Origin: Octopus vulgaris | Lineage: Eukaryota | Length of the DNA stretch: 64,000 bases | Assembly (NCBI GenBank): GCA_951406725.2 | Contig: OX597842.1 | Coordinates: 21,886,001-21,950,000, forward strand | Reading direction: 5' to 3' | Shown: positions 42,973 through 55,396 of the stretch, piece by piece | How positions within the stretch are numbered: the first letter of the stretch is position 1 | How the letters are laid out: every line of letters begins with the position of its first letter | Notes under the pieces: generated by a model | Seen by the model: the letters and a program-made list of their open reading frames with translations, nothing else | Told to the model about the DNA's origin: nothing | The model's database searches: none | Position numbers and translations under genes: made by a program

Positions 42973-45168
42973 CATAAGAGGTGCAGCAATGTCAAAAGAA
43001 GGCTAACTAGGAAAATAGTTTGTCTGTGGCAGATGCTCAGGAGCAATAAACACTGGAAATGTGCAGAGACCAACTTCTACCACGTTCCAGGGAGACAAAC
43101 TAGAAGTAGTTGATAGCTTCCGCTACCTGGGAGACCAAGTCAATAGTGAGGGTGGGGGTGCTGAAAGTGTAACCGCTAGAGTAAGAATAGCCTGGGCAAA
43201 GTTTAGAGAGCTCTTACCCCTACTGGTGACAAAAGGCTTCTCGCTCAGAGTAAAAGGCAGACTGTATGATGCATGTGTACGTACAGGCATGCTACATGGT
43301 AGTGAAACATGGGCTGTGACTGCTGAGGATATGCGTTAGCTCGCAAGAAATGAAGCCAGTATGCTCCGATGGATGTGTAATGTCAGTGTTCATAATCGTC
43401 AGAGTGTAAGTGCCTTGAGAGAAAAGTTGAACCTAAGAAGCGTCAGTTGTGGTGTGCAAGAGAGACGGCTGCGCTGGTATGGTCATGTGACGAAAATGGC
43501 TGAAGGTAGTTGTTTGCAAAATTGCTACACCCTAGCAGTTGAGGGAACCTGTGGAAGAGGTAGACCCAGGAAAACCTGGGACGAGGTGGTGAAGCACGAC
43601 CTTCAACTTTAGGTCTCACCAAGGAAATGACTAGAGACCGAGACCTATGGAAGTATGCTGTACGTGAGAAGACCCGGCAAGACTAGTCAGGCCATAACCC
43701 GTGGCCCCTACCTGGAACGTAGTCAGTCCACCTGTGCATACCTTCCTTCTTGTGACACTTGTGAAGACCTGCTGAGGCAAGTGAAAATCAAATCAAAATA
43801 GATGAACATCAATGGAATTTGTATCTTTGTGGTACCAGTGCCGGTGGCACACAAGAAAACCATCCGAACGTGGCCGTAGCCTGTACCGCATCGACTGGCC
43901 TCCGTGCTGTGGGCACGTAACAAACACCATCCGATCGTGGCCGTTCGCCAGCCTCATCTGGCACCTGTGTCGGTGGCACATAAAAACACCTTCCGAAGAC
44001 CCGGCAAGACTAGTCAGGCCATAACCCGTGGCCCCTACCTGTGACGTAGTCAGTCCACCTGTGCATACCTTCCTTTTCGTGACACTTGTGAAGACCTGTT
44101 GAGGCAAGTGAAAATCAAATCAAATCAAATCAAATCAAAACAAATCAAAATAGATGAACATCAATGGAATTTGTATCTTTGTGGTACCAGTGCCGGTGGC
44201 ACACAAGAAAACCACCCGAACGTGGCCGTAGCCAGTACCGCATCGACTGGCCTCCGTGCTGTGGGCACGTTAGAAACACCATCCGAAGACCCGGCAAGAC
44301 TAGTCAGGCCATAACCCGTGGCCCCTACCTGGGACGTAGTCAGTCCACCTGTGCATACCTTCCTTCTTGTGACACTTGTGAAGACCTGTTGAGGCAAGTG
44401 AAAATCAAAACAAATCAAAATAGATGAACATCAATGGAATTTGTATCTTTGTGGTACCAGTGCCGGTGGCCCACAAGAAAACCATCCGAACGTGGCCGTA
44501 GCCAGTGCCGCATCGACTGGCCTCCGTGCTGTGGGCACGTAACAAACAACATGCGACCGTGGCCGTTCGCCAGCCTCATCTGGCACCTGTGTCGGTGGCA
44601 CAGAAAAACACCATCCGAAGACCCGGCAAGACTAGTCAGGCCATAACCCGTGGCCCCTACCTGGGACGTAGTCAGTCCACCTGTGCATACCTTCCTTCTT
44701 GTGACACTTGTGAAGACCTGTTGAGGCAAGTGAAAATCAAAACAAATCAAAATAGATGAACATCAATGGAATTTGTATCTTTGTGGTACCAGTGCCGGTG
44801 GCACACAAGAAAACCATCTGAACGTGGCCGTAGCCAGTACCGCATCGACTGGCCTCCGTGCTGTGGGCACGTAACAAACACCATCCGATCGTGGCCGTTC
44901 GCCAGCCTCATCTGGCACCTGTGTCGGTGGCACATAAAAATACCATCCGAGCGTGGCCGTCTGCCAGCCTCGTCTGGCACCTGTGTCGGTGGCACATAAA
45001 ATCACCCACTACACTCTCGGAGTGGTTGGCGTTAGGAAGGGCATCCAGCTGTAGAAACACTGCCAGATCTGACTGGCCTGGTGCAGCCTTTGGGCTCCCC
45101 AAACCCCAGTTAAACTGTCCAACCCATGCTAGCATGGAAAGCGGACGTTAGATGATGATGATGATGAT
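42973..45168 (+). mobile_element. 5'-truncated RTE LINE with a four-fold repeated ORF-end/3' UTR segment
   Basis: ORF2 fragments 43061..43339 and 43361..43612. GAAGACCCGGCAAGACTAGTCAGGCC recurs at 43668, 43995, 44285 and 44617; (GAT)n tail. Confidence 0.92.
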
Positions 45169-45207
45169 ACAAAAATCTATATATATATATACTTATATAT
45201 ATATATA

Positions 45208-45258
<51 letters not shown>

Positions 45259-45259
45259 T

Positions 45260-45371
<112 letters not shown>

Positions 45372-45469
45372 TAGATATATATATATACATATATAGATAT
45401 ATATATATACATATATAGATATATATATATACATATATAGATATATATATAGATATATATATATATATA

Positions 45470-45582
45470 GATTATAAAATGAGATAGGGGTTGAAAATTC
45501 AACCCACCATGGGATAATATATATCCAATATACTGTTATTTCGTTCTTGAAAGGATGGACTTTGTGCAAACTTAACTGTATC

Positions 45583-45631
<49 letters not shown>

Positions 45632-46278
45632 ATTAATAGTAATTTTTATTAACTTTTATAGCTTTAGAATTTTATGAACTGAACCATGGTTTTAATTATT
45701 ATTTTTCATCTCCCTATGTGTTAGGTTTTTTTTAAAAAAAATATTAGCCAAATATGTATAATATCGGTACTTATTAATATTAATATTAATATATACACTG
45801 ATATATATTTTGTTTTATTTTGTTCTGTTTACCTTCCTTTATTGTACCAATGTGTATTATATTATATAAATGTAGCATTATGATGTATAAGTTTTTATAT
45901 TTTACATTTTTATATTTTTATATTTATATGTATATGATTATATAATATTTTTCACAATTATAACAAATTTAATTTAATTCTCTGAAGAGGCCGTGGGGCA
46001 TCCTTGTTAATGCCTCATTTATACCTGCCTTTATGGCTTATAGGTTAAATGAGGTATGACTGCCCTCACTGCCGAAACAGCTGTCAGTTTTGATTAATTG
46101 CATATCATATTTGAAATTTTTTTACTTATATCTCTTTATCTTTTTACTATTAATGTATATCTCTTTTTGTATAATGCCTCTACTCATATGTAATGGTGTA
46201 TTAAAGTATTGATTGGGTATCATCGGATAGTTGATGTTTTATTGATTTAAGTATGTTTCTCCATTCTCTAATTTTGTA
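45470..46278 (+). mobile_element. AT-rich non-coding insert between (TA)n tracts, probably the terminal repeat of a Penelope-like element
   Basis: Absent from the other units, no credible ORF, contains a hammerhead motif of the kind found in Penelope-like element terminal repeats. Confidence 0.55.
45978..46090 (+). ncRNA. Type I hammerhead ribozyme motif with an extended stem II
   Basis: CUGAAGA at 45982-45988; stem II GGC...GCC closing an ~85-nt hairpin; GAAA at 46074-46077; palindromic stem III ACAGCUGU; GUC cleavage triplet ending at 46085. Stem I is only about 2 bp (CU/AG). Confidence 0.72.
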
Positions 46279-46299
46279 TATATATATAGATATATATAT

Positions 46300-46346
<47 letters not shown>

Positions 46347-47190
46347 TACATACATATATATACATATATATTGATATATATATACATATATATATATATA
46401 AAGTTAATCCAAACAAGAAAACACAAAGAAAACACAACGCGAGGACGTGGAATAAATATAGTATTATTTGACGGAAGCTATTATGTAACTTCTCATATAT
46501 ATTTGAAGGTGCATGGCTCAGTCGTGAGTTCAATTCCCGTCATCTTCATCACATTGAACAATGTTAAAGGTTAAAGGGTCAAAGCGAAATGCAGCCACAT
46601 TTTCTCTACAAAACTACTTTAAAACGTTTTCCAATGGCTGAATGACGAAACGTATTAATCTGGTTTCTGCCCTAAATATTCTGGTAAAGTAAGGATGCAT
46701 CTTGTACACCAGCAAATACTCAGTGAAGTGCAAGTAAATCAGTTGACCAAAAGATTGACTCCTCGTTGTGAAACGACGGAGATCCACCACCGTTATAAGC
46801 CTATGAAGCCATCTAAAGATCGAATGCTTCTTTTTCCCGTAATTAGGCTCATGCCCTTGCTTATCTCCCTTTACTCACTAATTTTCCTTATCGTCTTTCA
46901 ATGAATTAATACCAACACAAATTTCTCTCAGATCTAATCCCTTCCTCTAATCAATGCTGGAATTTTTTTAGTAACAATCTTCCTCTGAATATTATATGGA
47001 GCTGTATTCTTTTCATTTTCGTTTTCTACGCACTTTATGTAGGTACTACTAGTGAACAGTGGTCCCGGTGCGCTCACACGCACATGGGTCTTTTTAGCAA
47101 GCACAGCAAACGTTCGCATTTTCTAAAGGTGACATATTACTAATTGGTCATTCATTTGTGGAAGTTGCTTTTGATATAATTGTTTCTTAA

Positions 47191-47402
47191 GGCGGCGAGC
47201 TGGCAGAATCGTTAGCACGCCGGGCGGAATACCTGGCCGTATTTCGTCTGTCTTAACGTTCTGAGTTCAAATTCCGCCGAGGTCGACTTTGCCTTTCATC
47301 CTTGCGGGTTCGATAAATTAAGTACCAGTTGCGTACTGTGGTCGATCTAATCGACTGCCACTCTCCCCCCAAATTTCTGGCCTTGAGCCTAGAGTAGAAA
47401 AG
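47191..47402 (+). mobile_element. tRNA-derived SINE with Nin-like domain (full copy)
   Basis: GGCGGCGAGCTGGCAGAATCGTTAGCACGCCGGG...GAGTTCAAATTCCGCCGAGGTCGACTTTGCCTTTCATCC...; GATATA(A/G)TTGTT on both sides. Confidence 0.88.
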
Positions 47403-48021
47403 GATATAGTTGTTACCTCAGTTACCTGCTAGAAGCAAAGTTGTTATTAACAGATTTAATATTGGGGGTGTGGGGGAGATTAGTATCAACCTCTGTTTAT
47501 GATGGATCTTTATTTTGATTCCGAAGCAATTAAAGGTAAAATTGACAGCGGCGGGATTTGAGCTCAGAACGTAAAAACCCACAAAAAATACTGCCTGGCG
47601 TAAATAGTTGCTGGTAAGTTTGAAAGAATGCTACGAATTCGTTTCGGTATTTCAAGCAAACCATTACATGTTTTATATATTCCCCGTTTACACAATTTTT
47701 GTAACGGTTCTTTTTAGGGTCCGATATTCTTTGATCTCGTCTAAAATTATCGACTTTTCTCGATGAATTTCTACTTTTGTATCAAAACTGCTGTGGGGAA
47801 AGACTCTACGGAGGATAAGGAGTGATATTAAATGGTGAGTAAAGTAATAATTTCATTTTGTTTTTATATTAGACTGATGAAATGAGTTCCAGGCATAAAA
47901 AACAAATAAGTTCTGGGGTCGATCCAGTCTCACTACAGATTCTTCAAGGCGATGCCCCAGCATGATGGCAGTCTAATGACAGAAATTAGTAAAAGATAGT
48001 AATAATAAGAAGCAGAATTAT

Positions 48022-48052
<31 letters not shown>

Positions 48053-50022
48053 GTTGCAAAGTGCCCCTCCTCCCCGTCCAAGGACGGTGATGAGTTGTCA
48101 AACATTTAAACCAAATTTTCTCAAGACAACTTGTCCGACCGCTCTATAGGCCTCCCCTTTGAGAAACACTGATTTAACCTAAATTAGGGACACCAGCAAA
48201 AGAAGAAATAAAGATAGACTTTTTTTCTATTCCAAAGAAAAACGATTTTATTCGCAAAAATATGCAACCGAAGAGTTTAAAGTACCAGTAATTATAAGGC
48301 TGTTGACTGGGAGAACACAAACATGGTTTAAACAGTTCTTTTCATTAAAAAATAATTAAGCATGCCTATATTTCAATAAAACTTTTGGTTTTGTTAAACA
48401 AAGTTAAGGCAAAGAAAAAACTTCTTGAGAAACCAAATAGTCTTTCCTTCCTTCATGCCAAGATTGAAGAAAATATCTCTTTTGCATCTTACTTTTTTGG
48501 TCTCTTAGATATACTGCATTTTGTGGCATTATTTCAAGCCAGCCGGCACAAACTGCATGTGCATTTTTCTTGCGTACGTGTAGTATCGATCACAACAGAT
48601 GATGTACTTGTGCATACAAATGCACGTTCCCATGGCTTTATCGATCGCATTCTCACCTGGAAGCGATTTTTGTAATATTTTCAAGACTTATACACGTCCT
48701 GATACCTTCGGCATCTACATATCAAATTTGGCTGCAATCAGATTGAGGATGCCCGAGATCCTAGAAGACACACAGACAGAACAGATTTTATATTATATAT
48801 ATATATATATGAGAAATTAGAAAAATACCACCTTTTCTCAATTCAAAATGAACAATTAAATTACACCATCTAGAAAATTACATATAATAGAAATATTAAA
48901 ATTAAAATAATAAAATATCAATGACGTGTCGTTATTCTACCAATTATATAAGTTTTTATTATTTTTTTTGCAATTTACTTAATCATGGATATTTTATTGT
49001 TATTTTAATTTTAATATTTCTATTAAATGTAATTTTCTAGATGGTGTAATTTAATTGTTCCTTTTGAATTGATAAAATGTGGTTTTTTTCTAAATTTTTA
49101 GATATTTAAATATTATATTGTGAAATTTGATTTAGTATTTCTAAATTCAATTTTATTTCCTTGTGAGTTTGGGTTTATATAATAATTATTATATGTATGT
49201 ATATATATATATATCATGGTGATCTATGTAAAGGGCATCTATACTGCTTTGCATAAAATACACCCATACATGTACCATGTGAGATCTCGATACAGTCTCT
49301 AAAGTGGTTGGCGTTAAGAAGAGTGTCCAGCTGTAGAAAGCAATCTAAATCAGGCAGGAACTGGGGGCAGCACTCCTGTTTGCCAGCACAGGTCAAACCA
49401 ACCAACCCAGGGAAGCATGGTAAATGGACATTAAATGTAAAAAGCTGTGCCAAAACTGACCTTGCCTGTGATCTTGCCACTTAAAATGTACTCAATACAC
49501 TCTGTAGTATGGTTGGTGTTAGGAAGAGCATCCAGCTGTAAAAGCTGAGCCAAAACAGACACACAAATGTGGGGCAGTCTTCTGACTGACCACCTCCTAC
49601 CAAACCATCCAGCAGATACTGGTATTGAAGGCAGACGTTAAATTAAGGGGATCAGGAAACGAGAATCCTGGCAGTTTGCTGTGTTTGAAAAGACACATCA
49701 AGCTAAGTAAAAGCATGGTTGCCCTTGCATACAAGCTTGTCCCTTGCAACCCCCTCTAGCTGTGCATCCCTAATCTTGCAGGCTCATGGGTGCTGATACC
49801 ACGTAAAAAGCACCCAGTGGTACTGCGTAATATCACCCAGTACATTCTGTAAGGGGTTTGTGTTACAAAGGGCATCCAGCAATAGAAACTATTTTAAGAT
49901 AGAGATGGGGCCTGATCAGCCCTTCAGCTGGTTAGCTCTTTTCAAATCATCCAACCCATGCCAGTGTGTAAAATGGAATTTAAATGATGATGAAGTAATA
50001 ATTTTAAATTTATATATACACC

Positions 50023-50311
50023 TTATAGTATACCATTGCCTTTCTGAGCAAATAATTTGCCACAGATATCACAGTGATATGGCTTCTCTCCTGTATGGAC
50101 GCGTCTGTGCCTAGTCAAGCCTTGATTTCGAGAGAATGATCTACCACAGGTATCACAATGATATGGCTTCTCTCCTGTATGAATATGTCGGTGAGTGAGT
50201 AGGTTAGTTTTCCGAGAGAATAATTTACCACAGGTATCACAATCATATGATGTTTTGCCCTCTTCATTCTCTACGTCATCAGATAAATCAGTTATTTTAG
50301 ATAGCCTTCTC
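50023..50311 (-). pseudogene. Antisense C2H2 ZNF fragment (leader + 2.5 fingers)
   Basis: ORF 50023..50313. Confidence 0.87.
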
Positions 50312-51598
50312 ACTGTATTTGGCTATCTGATGTCATCTACAGTATGGATATAAATGACACTGGATTTATTTGAGGAATTCCTTCATGTCAGTAGAGTTTA
50401 AAAAATGAGAGAAAGAGAAAGAAAATAGAATTTCCAAGTCTAGTATTCACTCTGATTGTTTCAACCCATCGTACATCTGTGCCTCGCAGGTGAGATTCTG
50501 TACGAACAGTTGTGGGGCATCCTTTGATGCAGACATGTCTCGTCAGGTGACTTATCAAATGGTTCCTTGTATTTAAATTTCTGTTTTGCTTATTTCGATA
50601 AGAATTCATTTTGGTATTTGGGACAAGTCAAGCTTCTTTCAGTTTCCATCAAACATGTCTTTGATTGGCCACTCTGGGACTGAACCCAGGACCATGTGGT
50701 TGGGAAGCCAACTTCTTACCACACAACCATCCCTGCACTTCTACAGCCATGTCTATATAAAAATGTAGTAAAACTTTCACTGCTTTAATCTCTCTAATTC
50801 CTAATTATCTTGTATGTTTTACACTGTTGTTTCTCTTTCGTTTCAGATTATCAGATGACATCTGCTTCACAGAATTTTGACATAAGCAACGTCATTAGAA
50901 TGGAAAGTCTTTTGAAGATTGAGCAAAGATGTTATACAAAACACGTATAACCCTGTTTCTATAAATATTTACTGAATTACTGCAAAATATATCTTCTGAA
51001 CTCTGACATATATGTTATGAAATTTCTCTTCTTTATTGTCTGGAATACACAGAAAATTATATTTGCATATTAATTAATCATTTAGCATTTAAACTAGCAC
51101 AAATATTCTGACCTCTCACACTCACCCTGCAGTGTCAATTTAAACATAAACAATCAAATCACTGAAGTCTCAAAGCTATGAGATAATCCATGATTAATTC
51201 AAAACAATATGAATAAATAAGCATTACATTTCACAAAGGAATCTCAATGCTAAACGGTTAAACTGGCCATATTTTTGTGTGTTTTATATTCATACTAGCC
51301 AGATCCCACCCCTCACACCCACCCTACAAGGTCATTCTAAAAATAAACAATCACAACATTGAAATCTGAACATGATAACATAATGAATAATTAATTCAGA
51401 AGAATTTCAATAAACATTCTATTTGACAGAGTAATCTCAATGTTAATGAATTAAAGCAATTAAGAAGGCAGTTTGCAGCATCTTCAGATATTAACAAAGA
51501 ACACTTTTGATGGAGATATATCAGTAGAAATATTTGTTCAGAGCAATATACGAGAAGAAGGAAAACCTTTGTGTACTGTGACGAGAGAAAGGAAAATT

Positions 51599-53398
51599 AT
51601 GGAAAATGAATTATATTGGAGTGAAGTTGAATGTAAAATTGATTTTTCTGATGAGGAAAAGAATGAAAAGAGCAAAACATCATTTGATTGTCATATCTGT
51701 GGCAAGTCGTTCTCTTGGAAAGCTAAGTTAGTCATTCACGAACGTACTCATACAGGAGAGAAGCCATATCACTGTGAAATCTGTGACAAATCGTTTTCTC
51801 AAAACAATTCCTTAACCAAGCACAAGCATGTTCATACAGGAGAAACACCATATCACTGTGAAATCTGTGGTAAGTCTTTCTCTCAAAGCGAAAACTTAAC
51901 TAGGCACAAGAGTTGTGTTCATACAGGAGGAAAACCATATCACTGTGATATCTGTGGTAAGTCTTTCTCTCAGAAAGCTAAGTTAGTCATTCACGAACGT
52001 ACTCATACAGGAGAAAAACCATATCACTGTGATATCTGTGGTAAATCTTTCTCTCGAAACGATAACTTAAAAAAGCACAAGCGTGTTCATACAGGAGAAA
52101 AACCATATCACTGTGATATCTGTGATAAATCCTTCTCTCAAAGTGATAGCTTGACTAAGCACATTTGTATCCATACAGGTGAGAAGCCATACCACTGTGA
52201 TATCTGTGGTCTATCATTTTCTACATGCAGTGTATTAGCTACTCACAGGCGTTTTCATACTGGAGGGATACCATATCACTGTGAAATCTGTGGTAAATCT
52301 TTCTCTCGAAACAATTGCTTAACCAAGCACAAGCGTGTTCATACAGGAGAAAAACCATATCACTGTGAAATCTGTGGTAAATCTTTCTCTCAAAACAATA
52401 ACTTAACCAAGCACAAGCAGGTTCATACAGGAGAAAAACCACATCACTGTGAACTCTGTGGTAAATCTTTCTCTCGAAACGATTCCTTAACCAAGCACAA
52501 GCGTGTTCATACAGGAGAAAAACCATATCACTGTGAAATCTGTGGTAAATCTTTCTCTCGATACGATCACTTAACCATGCACAGGCATGTTCATACAGGA
52601 GAAAAGCCATATCCCTGTGATATCTGTGGTAAAATATTTTCTCGGAAAGGTAACTTAGTTACTCACCGACGTATTCATACAGGAGAAAGGCCATATCACT
52701 GTGATATCTGTGGTAAATCATTCTCTACATGGAGTGCCTTATTCAAACACAAATACATTCATACAGGAGAGAAGCCATATCATTGTGATACCTGTGGTAG
52801 ATCATTCTCTCAAAGTCAAGACTTGACTAGGCACAGACGCATTCATACAGGTGAGAAGCCATATCGCTGTGACATCTGTGGTATATCCTTCATTGATAGT
52901 GGTTTATTAACCAAGCACAAACGTGTTCATACAGGAGAAAAACCATATCACTGTGATATCTGTGGTAAAATATTTTCTCACAAAAGTAACTTAGTCACTC
53001 ACCGACATATTCATACAGGAGAAAGGCCATATCACTGTGATATCTGTGGTAAATTCTTCTCTAGGAAAGACAGCTTACTCATTCACAAACATATTCATAT
53101 AGGAGAGAAGCCATATCATTGTGATACCTGTGGTAGATCATTCCCTCGAAGTCAAGACTTGACTAGGCACAGACGCATTCATACAGGTGAGAAGCCATAT
53201 CACTGTGATATCTGTGGTATATCCTTCATTGAAAGTGGTTTATTAACCAAGCACAAGCGTGTTCATACAGGAGAGACGCCATTTCAATGTGATATCTGTG
53301 ATAAATCTTTCTCTCAAAGTAATAGCTTGACTAAGCACAGACGCATTCATACAGGCGAGAAGCCATATCACTGTGATATCTCTGGTAAATATTTCTGA
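51599..53398 (+). CDS. C2H2 zinc-finger protein, 20 fingers (unit 6)
   Basis: MENELYWSE leader with a 5-codon in-frame deletion; uninterrupted array; ends CDISGKYF*. Confidence 0.9.
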   Translation: MENELYWSEVECKIDFSDEEKNEKSKTSFDCHICGKSFSWKAKLVIHERTHTGEKPYHCEICDKSFSQNNSLTKHKHVHTGETPYHCEICGKSFSQSENLTRHKSCVHTGGKPYHCDICGKSFSQKAKLVIHERTHTGEKPYHCDICGKSFSRNDNLKKHKRVHTGEKPYHCDICDKSFSQSDSLTKHICIHTGEKPYHCDICGLSFSTCSVLATHRRFHTGGIPYHCEICGKSFSRNNCLTKHKRVHTGEKPYHCEICGKSFSQNNNLTKHKQVHTGEKPHHCELCGKSFSRNDSLTKHKRVHTGEKPYHCEICGKSFSRYDHLTMHRHVHTGEKPYPCDICGKIFSRKGNLVTHRRIHTGERPYHCDICGKSFSTWSALFKHKYIHTGEKPYHCDTCGRSFSQSQDLTRHRRIHTGEKPYRCDICGISFIDSGLLTKHKRVHTGEKPYHCDICGKIFSHKSNLVTHRHIHTGERPYHCDICGKFFSRKDSLLIHKHIHIGEKPYHCDTCGRSFPRSQDLTRHRRIHTGEKPYHCDICGISFIESGLLTKHKRVHTGETPFQCDICDKSFSQSNSLTKHRRIHTGEKPYHCDISGKYF

Positions 53399-53692
<294 letters not shown>

Positions 53693-54330
53693 GGAATAGA
53701 TTCATTTCCCAAGTTACAGACATTGTTTATGAGTTTTATTTTTCAAGCACAACATCCAAATTTTGAAAGTTTCTACTACCATAACAAATGCATCTGTGTC
53801 TTACCAAGAAGTTTATAAAGAGCAAAGGAATGCTTCTCAGTAAACAACTCTAGACTTGTTTCTTTGCTTGTGAATCAGTGGTCACATCTACAAATGATGG
53901 TGTCCCTGAGTCTTTTCAAAGTGATTCAGAAAACAATTATAATAATAATATTTTGTCTATTCTAAATGATCTTGACATTGTTTTTGACTTTACATAAAAT
54001 ATTCTTTACATTCTACTGTTGTTTTATTGTCATTTATTTACAAGTATTATAAATTTTATTGGTAAAATATTTTTCTGGGAACGAATTACAATTTATAACA
54101 TTGCTTCTATGGGAAATTATTGCTTTGCTTTATGAGTTTTCACTTTAGGAGCAATCTCCAGGAAGAAATTAACTCATATATCAAGGCATTATTGTATCTG
54201 ACATTATTTTGGCACAAGGCCAGCAATTTCAGGGGAAGGAGTAAGTTGAATAACCACATGGATCAGCATGTGTGCTTTTTACATGAACTGGCACAAATGC
54301 TTCTTACAGGGAGTGGCATTGCACGATATA

Positions 54331-54728
54331 TCTATATATATAAAGCTGAAGTTGTCTGTGTGTGTGGCAGGTTTGGTAGCCCTCAACTAACACTATCTCT
54401 ACCGAGACTCTGCGGTGCAAGTTGACCAAAATTTAGAGTATGATAAAAGAAATCTTGCTCTTGATTCCGTAGAAGAAAAAATTCAAATCGCACCATGTCA
54501 ACACCAAAAGTTATTTACATCAAACAGATGCATTTTATCTACAAAAATCCCTACTTTTTACGATTCTTTGACTGCTGCCTCATCATTTTTCAGAGTATTT
54601 CAACCAGAAAAATGTTCACTTAAAGAGAATAACAAGCTACATAATGCAAAACTTTTACTTTTCTAAAATTCCAATTCTAAATGGTCGAAAAGAAAACAAA
54701 CTTGAGCAACACTGGGTGATACTTCTCG
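54331..54728 (+). mobile_element. Non-autonomous Helitron copy
   Basis: Same family; degenerate hairpin and CTCG|T end. Confidence 0.72.
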
Positions 54729-54732
54729 TATA

Positions 54733-55090
54733 TCTCTATTTATAAAACTGAAAAAAAGTTTGTTTGACTCAACCGCTTGGATCACTTTCAAGGCCACTAT
54801 GCCCCGTCAGATTGACTCCGAAAATTACAGGAACATGTAAAATGAGGTGACGATGCCCGTGGGCTACCTTAGAAATCTCTCTCTTAAAAGGTGTCGTTGC
54901 TAGGGCCAAAAACCCACTTTGACAAGTCTACTCCCATTCTTTTACGTATCTGTCTTCCTCACTCACTCACGCTATTTCCTCCCTTCCTAACTCCCCTTCA
55001 CATACCCTTTATAACTTCGTCAAACGGCGTTCTTTATCTCGCTGTCTGCATTCATGGAGGGAATTATCATCGCCACCACCAACACTCAAT
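54733..55090 (+). mobile_element. Second Helitron-like 5' fragment abutting the first
   Basis: A|TCTCTATTTATAAAACTGAAAAAAAGTTTGTTTG resembles the Helitron 5' motif; absent from the paralogous site at ~20254-20270. Confidence 0.45.
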
Positions 55091-55396
55091 CATGAGAACA
55101 AATATTATGAATCAGATATTTATTGCGTTCATTTATATATGTGTGTGTGTGTGTTCGATATATAAATATGTATATATAATGTATATATCTGTATTTATGT
55201 ATATTAAACATTTTAATACTTTTTGATAGTTATATATATTTTTAAACAAATTATAAATATAATTTAATAATTTTTATTTTAAATTTTAAAATTTTATATT
55301 TTCTATATTATATTTTTATTTTCATGTTTTTGTTTTGGGTTTTTCACTGTTTCATTTGCCTATTAGTGGTTTTTTATCTAATTTAATTTATATATA

